DNA of 64,000 nucleotides. Origin: Camelus ferus (Eukaryota). The position numbers and the translations under genes were made by a program. The stretch spans positions 46,626,001 to 46,690,000 of the forward strand of contig NC_045707.1 in assembly GCF_009834535.1 (NCBI RefSeq), read 5' to 3'. Below, piece by piece: positions 62,901 through 64,000 of this stretch. The first letter of the stretch is position 1; every line of letters begins with the position of its first letter. The notes under the pieces are model-generated. The model made no database searches. It saw only the letters and a program-made list of their open reading frames with translations, and was not told where the DNA came from.

Positions 62901-63600
62901 GTTAACAAACAGTATGTTATGTGAGTTAAAGATAAACTTGTGTTACTATAAGATCTCAATATTTCAGAGTTATTTTGTTGTTGCAGCATAATTAATAATA
63001 TGGCATGAATACATTTGTATTTATGTGATTAAAACTATTTCCATTAAAATCAAGAGCAAGACAGGAATGCCCACTATCACCATTACTGTTCAAAATTATC
63101 TGGAGAATCTATTAATTAAATAAACATAAAATACACTGTATAAATATGGAAAAAAGAGCTGAAATTTTCTGCTGATATCACTTCATACCTGCTATCACCA
63201 TGAAGCTCTAATGAAAAAACAAGTAGAAGTAATAAAATAATTCATAAACTAGGTGGATAAAAATAAAGATATAAAATCATTAGCTTTTTCTATATAAGCA
63301 ACACCCATATAAACATGGAAATGAGGAAAATATTCCATTCATAATAGTGACAAAAATCATAAAATAGGAATAAATTATATGAGAAAGGAAGAGGATTTCT
63401 ATAAAATCCTACTGGAGGGAAAAATTTGATCTGAATGACTAGAAATCTATCTATACTATGTTCTTGAAAAGGAATACTTATTATTATAAAAAAATCTATT
63501 CTCCTGAATAGATATAAATTTGGTGTCACTCCAATAGAATCCCAATGATATTTTTTATTGGGTAAAATGCTCAGTTTAGATAAATAAAGAATGGTGGTAT
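59950..63600 (+). mobile_element. Ancient L1M ORF2 remnant (pieces ~59950-60920 and ~63025-63600), split by a MaLR element
   Basis: cacctggaccagacagtttc (PGPD); aatggatgctataaaggctttggatac; resumes caagacaggaatgcccactatcacc after the insertion. Confidence 0.8.
60922..63013 (+). mobile_element. Two-LTR MaLR element (MLT1I/J-like): LTR ~60922-61334, internal ~1.3 kb, LTR ~62622-63013
   Basis: LTR starts tatgggagattgtactcttgtt / tatggtagattgtattactgtt; shared tgct(t/a)tggcc(a/c)atgaatgtga and ggatcccagaa/agatccagaa...acagagccaca/acagaaccaca; G-rich tract before the 3' LTR. Confidence 0.85.
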
Positions 63601-63604
63601 TGGT

Positions 63605-64000
63605 GGGTGGAAATCAAGACGGTGGAATAGAAGGACATCACCTCCTCCCATAAGTACACCAAAAATGTATCTTCATGTGGAACAGGTATTCTCACAGAAT
63701 ACCTACTGAACTCTGGCGATGATCTCATACAATCAAAACTACAAGAAAGATCACTGTGGGTAAGATGAGGGGGAACAAAGGAACTAGGACAGAATCTGTG
63801 CCCCCAGAAGGGGGCTTGTGAAAGAGAAAAGATCCCTTATCCTGGGAACCTCCTTCACTGGCTGAGAGATCAGCTGGGACACACAGGGAACTTTAGAGGC
63901 TCAGAGAAGAGAGCAGCAGCCAGCTTGCAACGGGCAGAACACAGAGAGACCAGCACAGGTGGTCTGTGCTAACTCCCTGCACTCTCTAGCCTGAGATGTG
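63605..64000 (+). mobile_element. LINE-1 5' UTR (element continues beyond the window)
   Basis: tcaagacggtggaatagaaggac...tcacctcctccca...catgtggaac...acagaatacctactgaac resembles laurasiatherian L1 5' ends (caagatggcg YY1-site region). Confidence 0.8.

Noticed and set aside
1..64000. tRNA, snRNA, rRNA, NUMT or processed pseudogene
   Set aside because: None recognised by eye; highly diverged copies cannot be excluded without cmscan or BLAST

Overview
Gene-poor mammalian (placental) intergenic or deep-intronic DNA. I find no supportable host protein-coding gene, structural RNA gene or prokaryotic system. The listed ORFs are chance ORFs or decayed LINE-1/L2 pieces. Much of the window is old interspersed repeat: MIR, L2, L1, MaLR/ERVL LTRs and hAT/Tigger DNA transposons. 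Family names come from my recollection of consensus sequences and most boundaries are approximate. The youngest L1 3' ends, and the absence of Alu, B1/B2, Bov-tA, PRE-1 or Can-SINE elements, suggest a camelid-like cetartiodactyl (inference). The most notable observations are: (i) a ~155 bp inverted, locally templated duplication inserted into an MLT1 LTR (23612-24147); (ii) one short tract in an old L1 copied to two other sites of the same element; (iii) a CpG-enriched unique element near 15.0-15.8 kb with a CTCF-consensus site and a compact three-way-junction fold; (iv) several repeat-free, motif-dense blocks resembling developmental enhancers; (v) a two-LTR MaLR element and a three-level nested insertion with target-site duplications. 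I do not see evidence sufficient to claim a new biological system.
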